From a virus, in IMG/VR virus record IMGVR_UViG_3300014208_000005, positions 29,941 to 93,940 of that record: DNA of 64,000 nucleotides; one strand, written 5' to 3'. Of the stretch, positions 9,936 through 19,355 are shown in pieces. Position 1 is the stretch's first letter. Each line of letters begins with the position of its first letter. The position numbers and the translations under genes were made by a program. The notes beneath the pieces were generated by a model, which saw only the letters and a program-made list of their open reading frames with translations, was not told the origin of the DNA and did no database searches.

Positions 9936-11017
9936 TGTACTTTTTTAATTTTTATTATTCGTTGATATTCTTCCGACGTCATCAAATCTGCTTGGGGGAG
10001 TTCCCTGAACAAACCCGCCTCACCTAAGTAGCTGAGTCCCAATGAGATATTACTACTACCGTCTCTTGACTTTAGTATCCTTAATCCTCTAAACCTGTCT
10101 TGTAATTTCTTAATGTCATACCCTCGATAAGTTCCTAGTTGAAACATAAAAGGATTAGTTAAAGTAATTACGTAATGAGCGCTCATTGTAACGTCGCTGG
10201 AATCAGCAAAATCATCCAATCTTGGATCAATGTCGCTTGAATTAATCCTGTCAGTATTAGAATTTCCTCTATTCAACTGCTGAACAATAATAGTTGTTTG
10301 ATAATAATCATTAGTAAATGAAATAGAATCTTCAACAATTTTGTCAATAGTTTGTTTGGTGTTCATTCCTTGTTGTGATCGTGCTAACTTTATGTGGTCG
10401 AAAATTACAAAAGTGTAAGTATTAGGTTTATTTGGAATGTACCTATCAAAAACTTGAATTGTCTTTTGTTGACCATCTTCCATTATTGTTATTGGATGAC
10501 GCTCTTCCTTACCATTATTAAGATAGTAACCCTTTAATAATTTTGATATTCCTGTTGGGTTATTGGACCCTAATATTGTAGCAACATCTTCAAACTCTTC
10601 AAAATACTTCCTAACTTCTAGTACCTTATCATACACTTCTTGACTTATTCTATTAGACCCCCTTGAGAGTACGTAATTAACATCGCAGAGTATTCCGTAC
10701 TCCTTAAATAACCTGCGACAGATTCCTTTTGTCATTAAAATATCAGAATGCATTTCCATTGAAAAGATAAACATTTTTAAATTAATATCTTCTCCAGCAG
10801 CTTTTCTCCTTAAATAATCATCGAATGGAGAGTAACACATTGAACTCATTGTGAACGATGTTTTACCAGCCCCAATATTTGATGCAATGCAATAAATTGT
10901 ACTTGGCTGCACTCCTGGAACATATTCAGAGAGCTTGGGGTAACTCATGTTTAATCCTCGGTTGCCTCCAAGCCTACCCCTGTCAATATTAGTAACAACA
11001 CTATCAAAAATTGACAC
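9932..11017 (-). CDS. DnaB-like replicative helicase
   Basis: Walker A ASNIGAGKTS, FSMEM, IFDHI, QQLNR, LKSRDG; GTG start with AAGGAGGT 6 nt upstream. Confidence 0.85.
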   Translation of the reverse strand: MSIFDSVVTNIDRGRLGGNRGLNMSYPKLSEYVPGVQPSTIYCIASNIGAGKTSFTMSSMCYSPFDDYLRRKAAGEDINLKMFIFSMEMHSDILMTKGICRRLFKEYGILCDVNYVLSRGSNRISQEVYDKVLEVRKYFEEFEDVATILGSNNPTGISKLLKGYYLNNGKEERHPITIMEDGQQKTIQVFDRYIPNKPNTYTFVIFDHIKLARSQQGMNTKQTIDKIVEDSISFTNDYYQTTIIVQQLNRGNSNTDRINSSDIDPRLDDFADSSDVTMSAHYVITLTNPFMFQLGTYRGYDIKKLQDRFRGLRILKSRDGSSNISLGLSYLGEAGLFRELPQADLMTSEEYQRIIKIKKVQ

Positions 11018-11020
11018 CTA

Positions 11021-11266
11021 TTAACCTCCTTTTTTTAAATCATAAATAATTCCTTCTCCTTTACACAATTCCTTACAATCAAATCCAGTTGCATCAGACA
11101 ACCTTTCAACAATGTCTTCCGTTAGCTTATTAAATGCGTGAAAGTTTTTAAGGATGTTTACAACCTGTTCTTCCATGCATTGTTCTATCTGATGATTGTA
11201 GGATTGAACAATAGAGTTATTTGGTAAGTTATCTTTAAGTATTTGTTGCGTTATTTTGTTCATCAT
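11021..11266 (-). CDS. Hypothetical protein
   Basis: 81-aa ORF. Confidence 0.5.
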   Translation of the reverse strand: MMNKITQQILKDNLPNNSIVQSYNHQIEQCMEEQVVNILKNFHAFNKLTEDIVERLSDATGFDCKELCKGEGIIYDLKKGG

Positions 11267-11329
11267 ACCACTTTCCTTCCTTTCTGCCGGTCATCTCTCC
11301 CGGCTGGTTAAATATGCGTTCTTTCTTAA

Positions 11330-11446
11330 TTAAACTCCCCCTGGTTTTGGCGGATTACATGGACGTCCACTTGGCCTACTATTAGGACGACATTCTGCCA
11401 TTTGCACAGTACTTTGTGCCAATATTTTTGGTTTTGTATAAATCAT
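11330..11446 (-). CDS. 38-aa RiPP-precursor-like peptide
   Basis: Below track cutoff; translates MIYTKPKILAQSTVQMAECRPNSRPSGRPCNPPKPGGV; fills the gap between two co-oriented genes. Confidence 0.6.
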   Translation of the reverse strand: MIYTKPKILAQSTVQMAECRPNSRPSGRPCNPPKPGGV

Positions 11447-11456
11447 ACCCGGTTGG

Positions 11457-11807
11457 TTAAATTAAATTATCATCAATATAATCAGATAATAATTCTCTGG
11501 CTTCTTGTAATTTTATTATTGAAGCTGTAAGTCTTTCATCAGCTCCAATTTCTTCAATCTCATGCATGGCTTTTGTAATTGTAATCTCAGATGAATGACA
11601 TTCAGTAAGATTGCTTCTTCTTGGCACGCCAGATGCGGTGTTATTGTTAGCCGCTATTAATGTAACGGTAAATGAAATATTCCACATTGGTATAAATTCG
11701 ACTTTATTTGAATCGTCAAACCATACCGGGAGTAATCCATCATGATGTGGAATGATTGACGATGCTGCTCCTTTTCTACCATTTACGGTAACTTTTATTT
11801 TTTCCAT
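11457..11807 (-). CDS. Hypothetical protein (apparent two-module fusion)
   Basis: 116 aa; C-terminal half (PRR...AMHEIEEIGADERLT...ARELLSDYID) looks like a stand-alone small phage protein. Confidence 0.55.
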   Translation of the reverse strand: MEKIKVTVNGRKGAASSIIPHHDGLLPVWFDDSNKVEFIPMWNISFTVTLIAANNNTASGVPRRSNLTECHSSEITITKAMHEIEEIGADERLTASIIKLQEARELLSDYIDDNLI

Positions 11808-11848
11808 ACTACTTTTTTCAGTTTTTATTTTTTAGCGGGACGTTAGCA

Positions 11849-12085
11849 TTAATTTGCCCTCGCACCCTCAAAAGTTGTATAGAACGTATCAATAACTACT
11901 TTCACGTCATCCATTTTGCCAATCTCTCGTTTAAGTTCTTCGATTGCTCTCTTTTCAGCATCCGCTTTACCTTCTTTCTTGTTGTTAGCTTCAATTATGT
12001 AACGGTAAGTTTCGCTACTTTTCCAAGGTTCATTTTCGGAGTTGTCGGTAAAGCTAACCGTACATTCAGCATAATAAGTTTTCAT
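11849..12085 (-). CDS. Hypothetical protein
   Basis: 78-aa ORF. Confidence 0.55.
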   Translation of the reverse strand: MKTYYAECTVSFTDNSENEPWKSSETYRYIIEANNKKEGKADAEKRAIEELKREIGKMDDVKVVIDTFYTTFEGARAN

Positions 12086-12335
12086 TTCGTTATATTTTTA
12101 CAGGTTCGCTTGCTTTTTTACCTGTGTGACACAAACAACCGACCCCTAGTGCTATCTGCTGTAATCTTTGATAATTATCTTTATTCACCCAATAAAAGTT
12201 ATTGGTGAAATACTTTTCTTTAAATTTTACTCTTTTCATAGGTTTGTTTTTAACTCACCGCCCGGCACAAGATTAGGTTATTCTCATTTTAGCATTCAAA
12301 TAATCCGATTCATAAACTTTTGGAATTTCTTTCAT

Positions 12336-12551
12336 TTAAACCTCCATTCCATCAGGGTATTTAGTTGATAAGGGCCTGTAATCTTCGTTTGCAGTTTTAC
12401 CACATTTTTTACAAATCATTTTGGGTATTACTTGTTGATGAAAATAACTGTCATCATAACCACCTTTTGTCTCAGTATTACCACAATGTTCACATTCATA
12501 AATTGCTCTAAAATCTCTTCTGTTTTGTGATGTAATTTTTCTTATTCTCAT
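12336..12551 (-). CDS. Small zinc-ribbon protein
   Basis: RRDF..IYECEHCG...GYDD.YFH..VIP.M.CKKCG, two CxxC pairs. Confidence 0.7.
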   Translation of the reverse strand: MRIRKITSQNRRDFRAIYECEHCGNTETKGGYDDSYFHQQVIPKMICKKCGKTANEDYRPLSTKYPDGMEV

Positions 12552-12553
12552 TT

Positions 12554-13162
12554 TTAAATGTTTTTAGTAAATTCTTCTGGTTGAACAAATTCTTCTGTTT
12601 TTATTTCTTCAAGGTAGGTAAGAACCATGTGCGTTTTATTACCAGCGTTATCCTCTTTACTTAGGAAATAGTGACTCCTAACTAAGTAACGATAGCCGTC
12701 TTTAGCACACGTACTGATGTAATATTTCGCCGCTTTCATTACATCTTCCTTAGTGTATTGAGGGTATGTTGTGAGTAACCACGTCATATTTTTCACAGCC
12801 ATTTCACGGTCGCCGATACACCCAGGTTTCTTACCTTTAAATAATTCCCTGTATTCATCAATCCACTCTGTAATACCCATGTCAGTTGAGCTATTCAACA
12901 ACTCAAGAAATTTCTGACGTACTTCGATATCTTTTGGTGGATGACTTCCGGTGATTTTAATCCACCCGTCTTCCTGAAGCAAGTCATAAATTTCATTAAT
13001 GTAAGTTGTTGAATAGCCAAATAACTTCATTACCAACCTCTCTGCCAATTTGTATTCTTTCTTATGAATTAACAATAAAAGTAAGTATTGGTCTGGCATT
13101 AAAGTGGAGTTGAGCATTGAATCAACATTAACCTGTAATGTGATTTTGTAAGTTTCGCTCAT
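12554..13162 (-). CDS. Putative replication initiator / helicase loader
   Basis: N-terminal winged-helix-like segment plus WIDEYRELF...YTKEDVMKAAKYYI...HYFLSK domain typical of the gene next to crAss-like helicases. Confidence 0.55.
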   Translation of the reverse strand: MSETYKITLQVNVDSMLNSTLMPDQYLLLLLIHKKEYKLAERLVMKLFGYSTTYINEIYDLLQEDGWIKITGSHPPKDIEVRQKFLELLNSSTDMGITEWIDEYRELFKGKKPGCIGDREMAVKNMTWLLTTYPQYTKEDVMKAAKYYISTCAKDGYRYLVRSHYFLSKEDNAGNKTHMVLTYLEEIKTEEFVQPEEFTKNI

Positions 13163-13565
13163 ATTGTGGTCTTGTGTCTATTGTAAAGTATTTGAGCCAG
13201 TCTCTTGGTCCTACAGAGTGTGTAAGATTTCCATCATCCCATTGATTATCCTTTAATACTAAATTTTCTCCGTCTGATTGATCCATTTTACAAATCAATT
13301 CATATGTCTTTCCTTTAGTAAAAGCAATATCTCCATCTTCCATCCTCAAATCTTTACTGCAAAGATAATAAATTGGACCGTCTTCAATGAAAAATTTCAT
13401 CCAACCATTATTACTTAAAACGTGTCCTCTTCCTTGGTCGTTAATTAACGTGCATTCGTGAGTTCTTTCACTTGTTACTTTATACTTTTGTCCTGTGGTA
13501 AATCTTTGTTCACCATTATCCATAAACAAATCCTTTGTGCAAATCATGTATTTTTTCATATCCAT
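13128..13565 (-). CDS. Hypothetical protein with two tandem SH3-like repeats
   Basis: CTKDLFMDNGEQRFTTGQKY...NDQ repeated as CSKDLRMEDGDIAFTKGKTY...DNQ. Confidence 0.65.
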   Translation of the reverse strand: MDMKKYMICTKDLFMDNGEQRFTTGQKYKVTSERTHECTLINDQGRGHVLSNNGWMKFFIEDGPIYYLCSKDLRMEDGDIAFTKGKTYELICKMDQSDGENLVLKDNQWDDGNLTHSVGPRDWLKYFTIDTRPQYERNLQNHITG

Positions 13566-13786
13566 GTTTTTTCTGTTATGTAAACTTCATCTAAACTCGT
13601 TTCCAATTCTTCAATTTCAAATCCCAATGATGCCCATTCTGTAAGTTCATCCATTGTGATAGCGTCTTCAGGAAATTCCGCTTCCAAAAGTTCGTGTAAA
13701 TCTTCAATATTAACTGGCTTTCCGTACATTATTCCTATTAGCTGTACGTCAAGATCCACTAATGAAAGTCTAGATGTCATTTCCAT
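13556..13786 (-). CDS. Hypothetical acidic protein
   Basis: 76-aa ORF with A-rich leader. Confidence 0.55.
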   Translation of the reverse strand: MEMTSRLSLVDLDVQLIGIMYGKPVNIEDLHELLEAEFPEDAITMDELTEWASLGFEIEELETSLDEVYITEKTWI

Positions 13787-14044
13787 TGTTTTTAGTTTTA
13801 AGGTTTAAAAATAAGATAGTATTCTATCTCTTTAATTATCTCCTCTTTGTTAATGAGTTCTTCTTTTAGTTTACTGACCCAGCCCTGTAGCTTTATTTCA
13901 GGGACAGCAATTATGGTTTCTATTTCTGACATTAGTTAAGATTTACAAACATGAAAAATTTTGCATTGAATACTTCATCGTCTGTTAAAGGACTTGAAGT
14001 TAATTTGAAGTAAGTAAAGATGTTTTTAAATGGTATTTTCCAGT

Positions 14045-14266
14045 TCATTTTTCTTTCATCCTTTCTTCTAACATTAAATCTGCAATTCTGTAAGAGCTAA
14101 CTATCGTAGTATTATCATCTATTCCGAATCCTTCAGAATTAGATAACATTCCGGTTAAAGCTGCTGCTGCAAAATAATCTCGTAAGGACATTCCAGTATT
14201 TAATTTCCCTGTTGCAGGAGAACTAACTGGAAACGCTGATGGATTTAGGATCTCTGATTTACTCAT
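14045..14266 (-). CDS. Conserved small phage protein
   Basis: AFP...GMSLRDYFAAAAL.G...YRIADLML motif widespread in tailed phages. Confidence 0.7.
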   Translation of the reverse strand: MSKSEILNPSAFPVSSPATGKLNTGMSLRDYFAAAALTGMLSNSEGFGIDDNTTIVSSYRIADLMLEERMKEK

Positions 14267-14480
14267 CTTTATCTGTTTTTAATTGTTCTTCTTGACTCAT
14301 TTTAACTATGTAATCGTAACCTGAAACTAATTCCGCAACAACTGTTTTAAACTCTTCTTTTGGAATTTGAAAACCAGTTAGCAGAAATATTTCAAACGTT
14401 TGAAGTTTACCTGTTAAAGTGTGATACCAATGATAACTTCCTACATCAGACTTTGTAAATTCTGAGTATTTAACATCCAT
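14259..14480 (-). CDS. Hypothetical protein
   Basis: 73-aa ORF. Confidence 0.5.
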   Translation of the reverse strand: MDVKYSEFTKSDVGSYHWYHTLTGKLQTFEIFLLTGFQIPKEEFKTVVAELVSGYDYIVKMSQEEQLKTDKDE

Positions 14481-14688
14481 CTTCTTCAGTTTTTGGTTGT
14501 GGTGGTAAAGCCCAATAGTAACTACAAGAGCCTTCTATTGGACCAGTGTTTTCAGACGGACGTTCATCCAATCTAGGAGAACTTGAGAAATAAGATTGCC
14601 TGAATTCTGAGGGTGCTACCACAAAACGATAGCACCCATTTCTTACAGGACATTCATGGTCCGCGCATTTCGAGATATCCGGAGCCAT
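14470..14688 (-). CDS. Small Cys-rich (metal-binding) phage protein
   Basis: DISKC...CP....CYRF...QSYF...CSYYW pattern. Confidence 0.65.
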   Translation of the reverse strand: MAPDISKCADHECPVRNGCYRFVVAPSEFRQSYFSSSPRLDERPSENTGPIEGSCSYYWALPPQPKTEEDGC

Positions 14689-14691
14689 TAC

Positions 14692-15117
14692 TTAGTCGTG
14701 TTTAACTGTGAAGTAAATCTCCTCAGGATAATGTCCTCCAAAAACCCATTCTGCTACAGAACATAGCCAAATGTTCTTATGCAATTGATGAACTAAGTAG
14801 TTGCCTCCGGAAGAGTGTGTTGCGACGTAAACTAATCCTCTGCGATTCCAGATTTCGTAAATCTCATGATCATTTGAGATGTTTAATGTGACAAAATTAC
14901 GTCCGCCAGATAGCATCTCAAGAACGTCATCGGCTCCTGCGACCATTTGCAATGCCCCATGTAAGCCTGGCCATTCTGGAATCACTGCGTACCAACAGCC
15001 ATTAGATTCTTTCTCAAAAGACATCGTTGCTGTCAGACATTTGGTGCCTTCTGGAATCCTGGCTAAAGACAGTTTAAATAAGATGTAATACCATGTACGT
15101 TTAAGGAAGTCTTTCAT
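14692..15117 (-). CDS. DUF6717-like protein
   Basis: FEKE..GCWY..IPEWPG...LQMVAGAD...IWLC.V..WVFG..YPE.IY recognised as a Bacteroidota/phage family. Confidence 0.6.
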   Translation of the reverse strand: MKDFLKRTWYYILFKLSLARIPEGTKCLTATMSFEKESNGCWYAVIPEWPGLHGALQMVAGADDVLEMLSGGRNFVTLNISNDHEIYEIWNRRGLVYVATHSSGGNYLVHQLHKNIWLCSVAEWVFGGHYPEEIYFTVKHD

Positions 15118-15119
15118 GA

Positions 15120-16304
15120 TTACTTCTTCTCAGGAACAAGCATTAAAGCTGAGCCGACACCATATTCATATTCTAATTTCCAATTGTAATCATTGTTTAA
15201 CCAGAAAGCTTTACCATCGAGCCTTCCTCCTCCTCTGATAGAAATCATCACGTTTGTTGCATTTGAGCCTCCTATTTGTGCGAATGCTCTTTTAGCTTCA
15301 AATTCTACTCGTGTGTCAACAGCTTTACTCTTAGGTTCCTTAAGCCAGGGAAATGCGCCTTCAAGTTTACTTTTCCATTCTGCGCAAATATTGTTGTAAC
15401 AGCCAATTAAATCTTCCTTGTTACATTCACCTGTAACCAAGTTGACTTTAGGTAAGAATTTACTTCTCTGCTCTGAGTTCATCGCAATAATCCCATTTCC
15501 CAGGATTTCCATCGGGATAATAATTGTTTCGTTTGTTTTCATTTGTTTTGTGTTTAAATAGTGTTTGTTTAATTGTTCAAGTGTTACCTCAACGTACTGT
15601 TCAAGATTATCCATTCCTAAAGAGAACTTTGAATTGGACATTCCTAATCCATCAATGTTATTAAAATAGTAGTAATGGTCTGTTCCGTTTCCTAACCATC
15701 CATTAGTACTTATTCTTGTTTTAACCTTCCTGATAAACTTCTCAAACCCATCTCTGTTAGTATTCTTGTACCTCCATTTTTCTGGGAAAGTTGTGTTTTC
15801 ATTGTTGTTCATAATTGTTTCTGTTTTATTACCTGTTAATAATCTTTTCATTTCGTCGTAAGAATGTGTTATTTTTAAGTCCCAACATTCAAAAAACTCA
15901 TCTCTGTTCCATCCAATATTAGGAATTCCTCTTGTCCAATAATTACTATTTAATGGTTCGGATAAGTTGTACCCAAATTTATCTGCTAATTTAACTAATT
16001 CGAGACGTTCTTCAATACTTTTACAAACACATCCTTCTCCTTCTTTAAATTCGTATTTCTCCATTTTTGGTAGGTGTTGAGTTAGTTTTTGTTTGAATCC
16101 TTCGATTGATAATTGGTAGTCACATCTTGATAGTTCGGTAAACCCCCAAGCATTTGTCCACACAAATGGCATGTTAATCTGTCTTCCACTGATAGTCAAT
16201 ATGGATGTAAATCCACATTCTTTAGCCAATGTGCTTAGTTCTTCAAATTGTTCGACTGTTTTACAATAAACTCCTTCAAAGAGTCCTGGTTTCCATTTTT
16301 CCAT
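15120..16304 (-). CDS. Multi-module hypothetical protein
   Basis: 394 aa; two N-terminal repeats (CKTVEQFEEL..LAKECGF / CKSIEERLEL..LADKFGY) and internal Mets in start-like contexts. Confidence 0.65.
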   Translation of the reverse strand: MEKWKPGLFEGVYCKTVEQFEELSTLAKECGFTSILTISGRQINMPFVWTNAWGFTELSRCDYQLSIEGFKQKLTQHLPKMEKYEFKEGEGCVCKSIEERLELVKLADKFGYNLSEPLNSNYWTRGIPNIGWNRDEFFECWDLKITHSYDEMKRLLTGNKTETIMNNNENTTFPEKWRYKNTNRDGFEKFIRKVKTRISTNGWLGNGTDHYYYFNNIDGLGMSNSKFSLGMDNLEQYVEVTLEQLNKHYLNTKQMKTNETIIIPMEILGNGIIAMNSEQRSKFLPKVNLVTGECNKEDLIGCYNNICAEWKSKLEGAFPWLKEPKSKAVDTRVEFEAKRAFAQIGGSNATNVMISIRGGGRLDGKAFWLNNDYNWKLEYEYGVGSALMLVPEKK

Positions 16305-16330
16305 GATTTTTAAGATTTAAAAATTGTTAA

Positions 16331-18187
16331 TTAATGATTCCAATTTTTCCCGATAACACTATCTACCTTAATATCAAAGGATTTAATAATGAGTTTAATA
16401 GTTTCTTTCATCGTATTTTCTTGTATTATTTTCCATTCTTCAGCAAAATTTTCTGTAGTTTCCGAAACAATTGAATCATGCACTGTTAGTAAAATTCTTA
16501 CAGGGTAGCCATTCAGATCAATTTTTTCCTGTAAATTTATTAAACACTGCTTCAGAAGATTTCCATTTGAGCTTTGAGGAACATAATTTTTAGCTGCTCT
16601 TTCTGTTTCTCCAATAGTTTTAAAATTGTTTGGGTCTAAGTTTGGAAACCAGCGAATTCTTCTGTAATAGGGATCACTGCGTATTCTTCCATTCTCAACT
16701 GCGGTTTTGGCTAATAAGTTTAAAAACTCTTTTACTTTGGGAACTACAGCAAAGAATTGGTTTATTATTTTCTTAGCCTCTAAAGGAGTTGTTTGTAAAA
16801 CGTCACTCAGTTTAAATTCAGATAAACCGTAAGACAACCCGAATGAAATGGTTTTAGAAACGTAACGATAAGTTAAATCAGGTTTCATTGGAAATGGATC
16901 TCTAACCTTCTCTATTGGAATCTTAAAAACTTTTGAACAAAGTTCTGCATGAAGGTCCTTGCCGGATTTAAAAATTTCCAGCCATAGAGGATCCTGAGAA
17001 TATTCTGCAATTAAAGCCAATTCAAACTGACCAACATCACTTGTGACTAAAACCTTACCTTTCTCAGCAATAATTGCACTCATGATTTTTTCAGCCAATT
17101 CTCCGTGTGACGGGAGCTGCTGGCAATTTGGGCGTGACATTGAAATCCGCGCTGAGCCTGAAAGTATTTGCCAAATTTCAGGATGGATTCTACCTGTTTT
17201 AGGATTAATAAAAGATAAGAATTCTCTGCCAAATGTTGTTGACAACTTTAAATTCTTTGACAACAGAATTAATTCTTTTATGATACCGTGATTCTTTAAA
17301 CGTTGTAATGTTTTATCTGAAACGTCATCAACAAGTATCCCTATTGTATTTAATATCTCTTTTTTCTGTGAATTTGATGCCCAATTAATAGATGTTAAAT
17401 TCTCTTCAAAATTAAACAAATTTAATTGATTGTTAATTAAAGGTTGTAGTTTTACATTTGTTTTAGCCAATTCTACTACATGTTCATCTAATCTCTTAGT
17501 CGTTTCTGTAACAGTCTTTTCAGTTAATTCTGCAACTTCAATCCATTTCTCAGAATCAATTAATAATCCTTCATAAGTCATTTTCATGAAAACTCTTGCG
17601 ACTCTATTCTCCAACTCAAGAACCTTTCCTAATTCCCACTTATCAATTTCTTTTAACTGTTCTTTTCTTATCTGATGTAAATGTGCTACATCTTTGGCAC
17701 AGTATTTAATAACTCTCTCTGTTAATCCTTGCCGATGGATAAGTCCTCTATCATCTTTACTAATTTCAATTCCTAAATATTTCTTACTTACGTCATTCAA
17801 TCCTAGGTTCCTCTTATCAGAGTCGAAACCAGCAGACAAAATACATTCAGCGAGAAATGAGTCATAGATGTTTTTAATGTTAATTCCATTATGATAAAGC
17901 CACTTACCGTCGAAAGCAAAATTATGATAAAGCGTCAACTTACTTTCCAATAAGTGTTTAACTTGAATGATTGGAACGGTTAAAGCATCTATGACCCATT
18001 GGTTATCTTTATCACCTAATTGTAATGTTAATAGAGTGTTGTTAAAGACGTCAAAGCCTGTAGTCTCTGTATCGACGCCAATGCTATCTTTATTTTCCCA
18101 ATACTCAAACAATTCATTTAGTTCTGATGATACTTTTATTTTGTTTTCATCAAACGACAAAGATTGTTTTGTAACAACATAAATCAT
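16331..18187 (-). CDS. polA: DNA polymerase family A (3'-5' exonuclease + polymerase, no 5'-3' exonuclease)
   Basis: ExoI DTETTG, ExoII HNFAFD, ExoIII YCAKD; motif A SDVGQFEL, motif B RYVSKTISFGLSYG, motif C TVHDS. Confidence 0.92.
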   Translation of the reverse strand: MIYVVTKQSLSFDENKIKVSSELNELFEYWENKDSIGVDTETTGFDVFNNTLLTLQLGDKDNQWVIDALTVPIIQVKHLLESKLTLYHNFAFDGKWLYHNGINIKNIYDSFLAECILSAGFDSDKRNLGLNDVSKKYLGIEISKDDRGLIHRQGLTERVIKYCAKDVAHLHQIRKEQLKEIDKWELGKVLELENRVARVFMKMTYEGLLIDSEKWIEVAELTEKTVTETTKRLDEHVVELAKTNVKLQPLINNQLNLFNFEENLTSINWASNSQKKEILNTIGILVDDVSDKTLQRLKNHGIIKELILLSKNLKLSTTFGREFLSFINPKTGRIHPEIWQILSGSARISMSRPNCQQLPSHGELAEKIMSAIIAEKGKVLVTSDVGQFELALIAEYSQDPLWLEIFKSGKDLHAELCSKVFKIPIEKVRDPFPMKPDLTYRYVSKTISFGLSYGLSEFKLSDVLQTTPLEAKKIINQFFAVVPKVKEFLNLLAKTAVENGRIRSDPYYRRIRWFPNLDPNNFKTIGETERAAKNYVPQSSNGNLLKQCLINLQEKIDLNGYPVRILLTVHDSIVSETTENFAEEWKIIQENTMKETIKLIIKSFDIKVDSVIGKNWNH

Positions 18188-18753
18188 TTTCCTTTATAAA
18201 GTTTAATAATCTCTTCCATTTCATCATTACAAAGAGCAAAGGATGGAAATTTACTATCGTAAAGGCCATCAAAAGCAAGGTTTGTAACGTTGAGTTTTAG
18301 GGTATTCTTAAGAATTTCAATAAATGCTAATGATTCCGTCATTGTCAGTTTTCTTTTGTCAATTGTAATCTCATGTTTATCATTTATTGTCAATCTCATT
18401 TCATCATGTTTAAACTTAAGATTGCTATTCATGATTTCATAAACCCTATCTACTTTAGGTCTCTTTACAACCGGCTTTTCAACTGTTACTGGTTCTAAGC
18501 AGAAATACGGAATGTTAAACATACCTCTTGATGGATGTTGCATATGTATTCCAAATTGCATCGACATAAGTAGAGAATCAGTTATTGTTAAAACTTCACC
18601 AATCATATCTGCTATTCTTAGGTCAACACTGCATGCACACCCATTTTCTCCAGTAACAAAATTCCGTGTAATTCTTACCTTATCTCCATCTTTAATCTTA
18701 TTAAGCTCAATCCATTTCTGTTGTAACTTAACAAATATGTCTGTTTGTGTCAT
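18184..18753 (-). CDS. SH3/KOW-like paralog family member 1
   Basis: LQQKWIELNKIKDGDKVRI...PYFCLEPV module plus variable C-terminal domain. Confidence 0.7.
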   Translation of the reverse strand: MTQTDIFVKLQQKWIELNKIKDGDKVRITRNFVTGENGCACSVDLRIADMIGEVLTITDSLLMSMQFGIHMQHPSRGMFNIPYFCLEPVTVEKPVVKRPKVDRVYEIMNSNLKFKHDEMRLTINDKHEITIDKRKLTMTESLAFIEILKNTLKLNVTNLAFDGLYDSKFPSFALCNDEMEEIIKLYKGK

Positions 18754-19295
18754 TTTACTAATTTTTTGTAAGCATTAACTATTTGACTTGCTTCGTCTTT
18801 TGTTAACAGAGTATTATTATCTTGATATGGATTTGAGAATCCTATGTGAAGTAAATCGGTCTTTAAGAAATGTGTGAGTGTTTCAACAAATTCTTTAGCA
18901 TTTGTTTTGTTTAGTTTGACTCCATCAACAAAACTTATTGTTCCACTCTCACTAATTATTACGGTTAACTCTCCGTGCTTAAACGTTCTACTAGACGAAC
19001 AGATTGAAACTTTTCTCATTTTAACCGTTGGTTTTCTTACAGTAACAGGTTCTAAAACAAAGTAAGGATAGAAAAATCTATTTGATAAGAGTATTCCGTA
19101 TCCATTAGGGTTCGATAAGCCTTTAATTTTTAAAGTTTTGTTTTTAGTATCATTCATTGGTTTACCCCAAGGCATTGCCCAACCATTTTCATGGCTTTTG
19201 GAAATCCTTAGAATTTTTACATTATCACCAATTTTTATTTTATTAAGCTCTATCCATTTCTTTTCGAGGGCTATGTAAATGTTGTTTTCTGTCAT
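18750..19295 (-). CDS. SH3/KOW-like paralog family member 2
   Basis: LEKKWIELNKIKIGDNVKI...PYFVLEPV. Confidence 0.7.
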   Translation of the reverse strand: MTENNIYIALEKKWIELNKIKIGDNVKILRISKSHENGWAMPWGKPMNDTKNKTLKIKGLSNPNGYGILLSNRFFYPYFVLEPVTVRKPTVKMRKVSICSSSRTFKHGELTVIISESGTISFVDGVKLNKTNAKEFVETLTHFLKTDLLHIGFSNPYQDNNTLLTKDEASQIVNAYKKLVK

Positions 19296-19304
19296 TGTTT
19301 ATGT

Positions 19305-19350
19305 ATTAAAAAAATGAAAATTAGGGCACCATATTTCAGATGCCCTAACT
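19305..19350 (-). terminator. Intrinsic terminator inside the minus-strand operon
   Basis: Stem TTAGGGCA/TGCCCTAA (19321-19348), followed on the minus strand by TTTTCATTTTTTT. Confidence 0.65.
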
Positions 19351-19355
19351 TAAAG

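Noticed and set aside
16331-18187. Intron or intein in DNA polymerase
   Set aside because: All exonuclease and polymerase motifs are contiguous in one 618-aa ORF.
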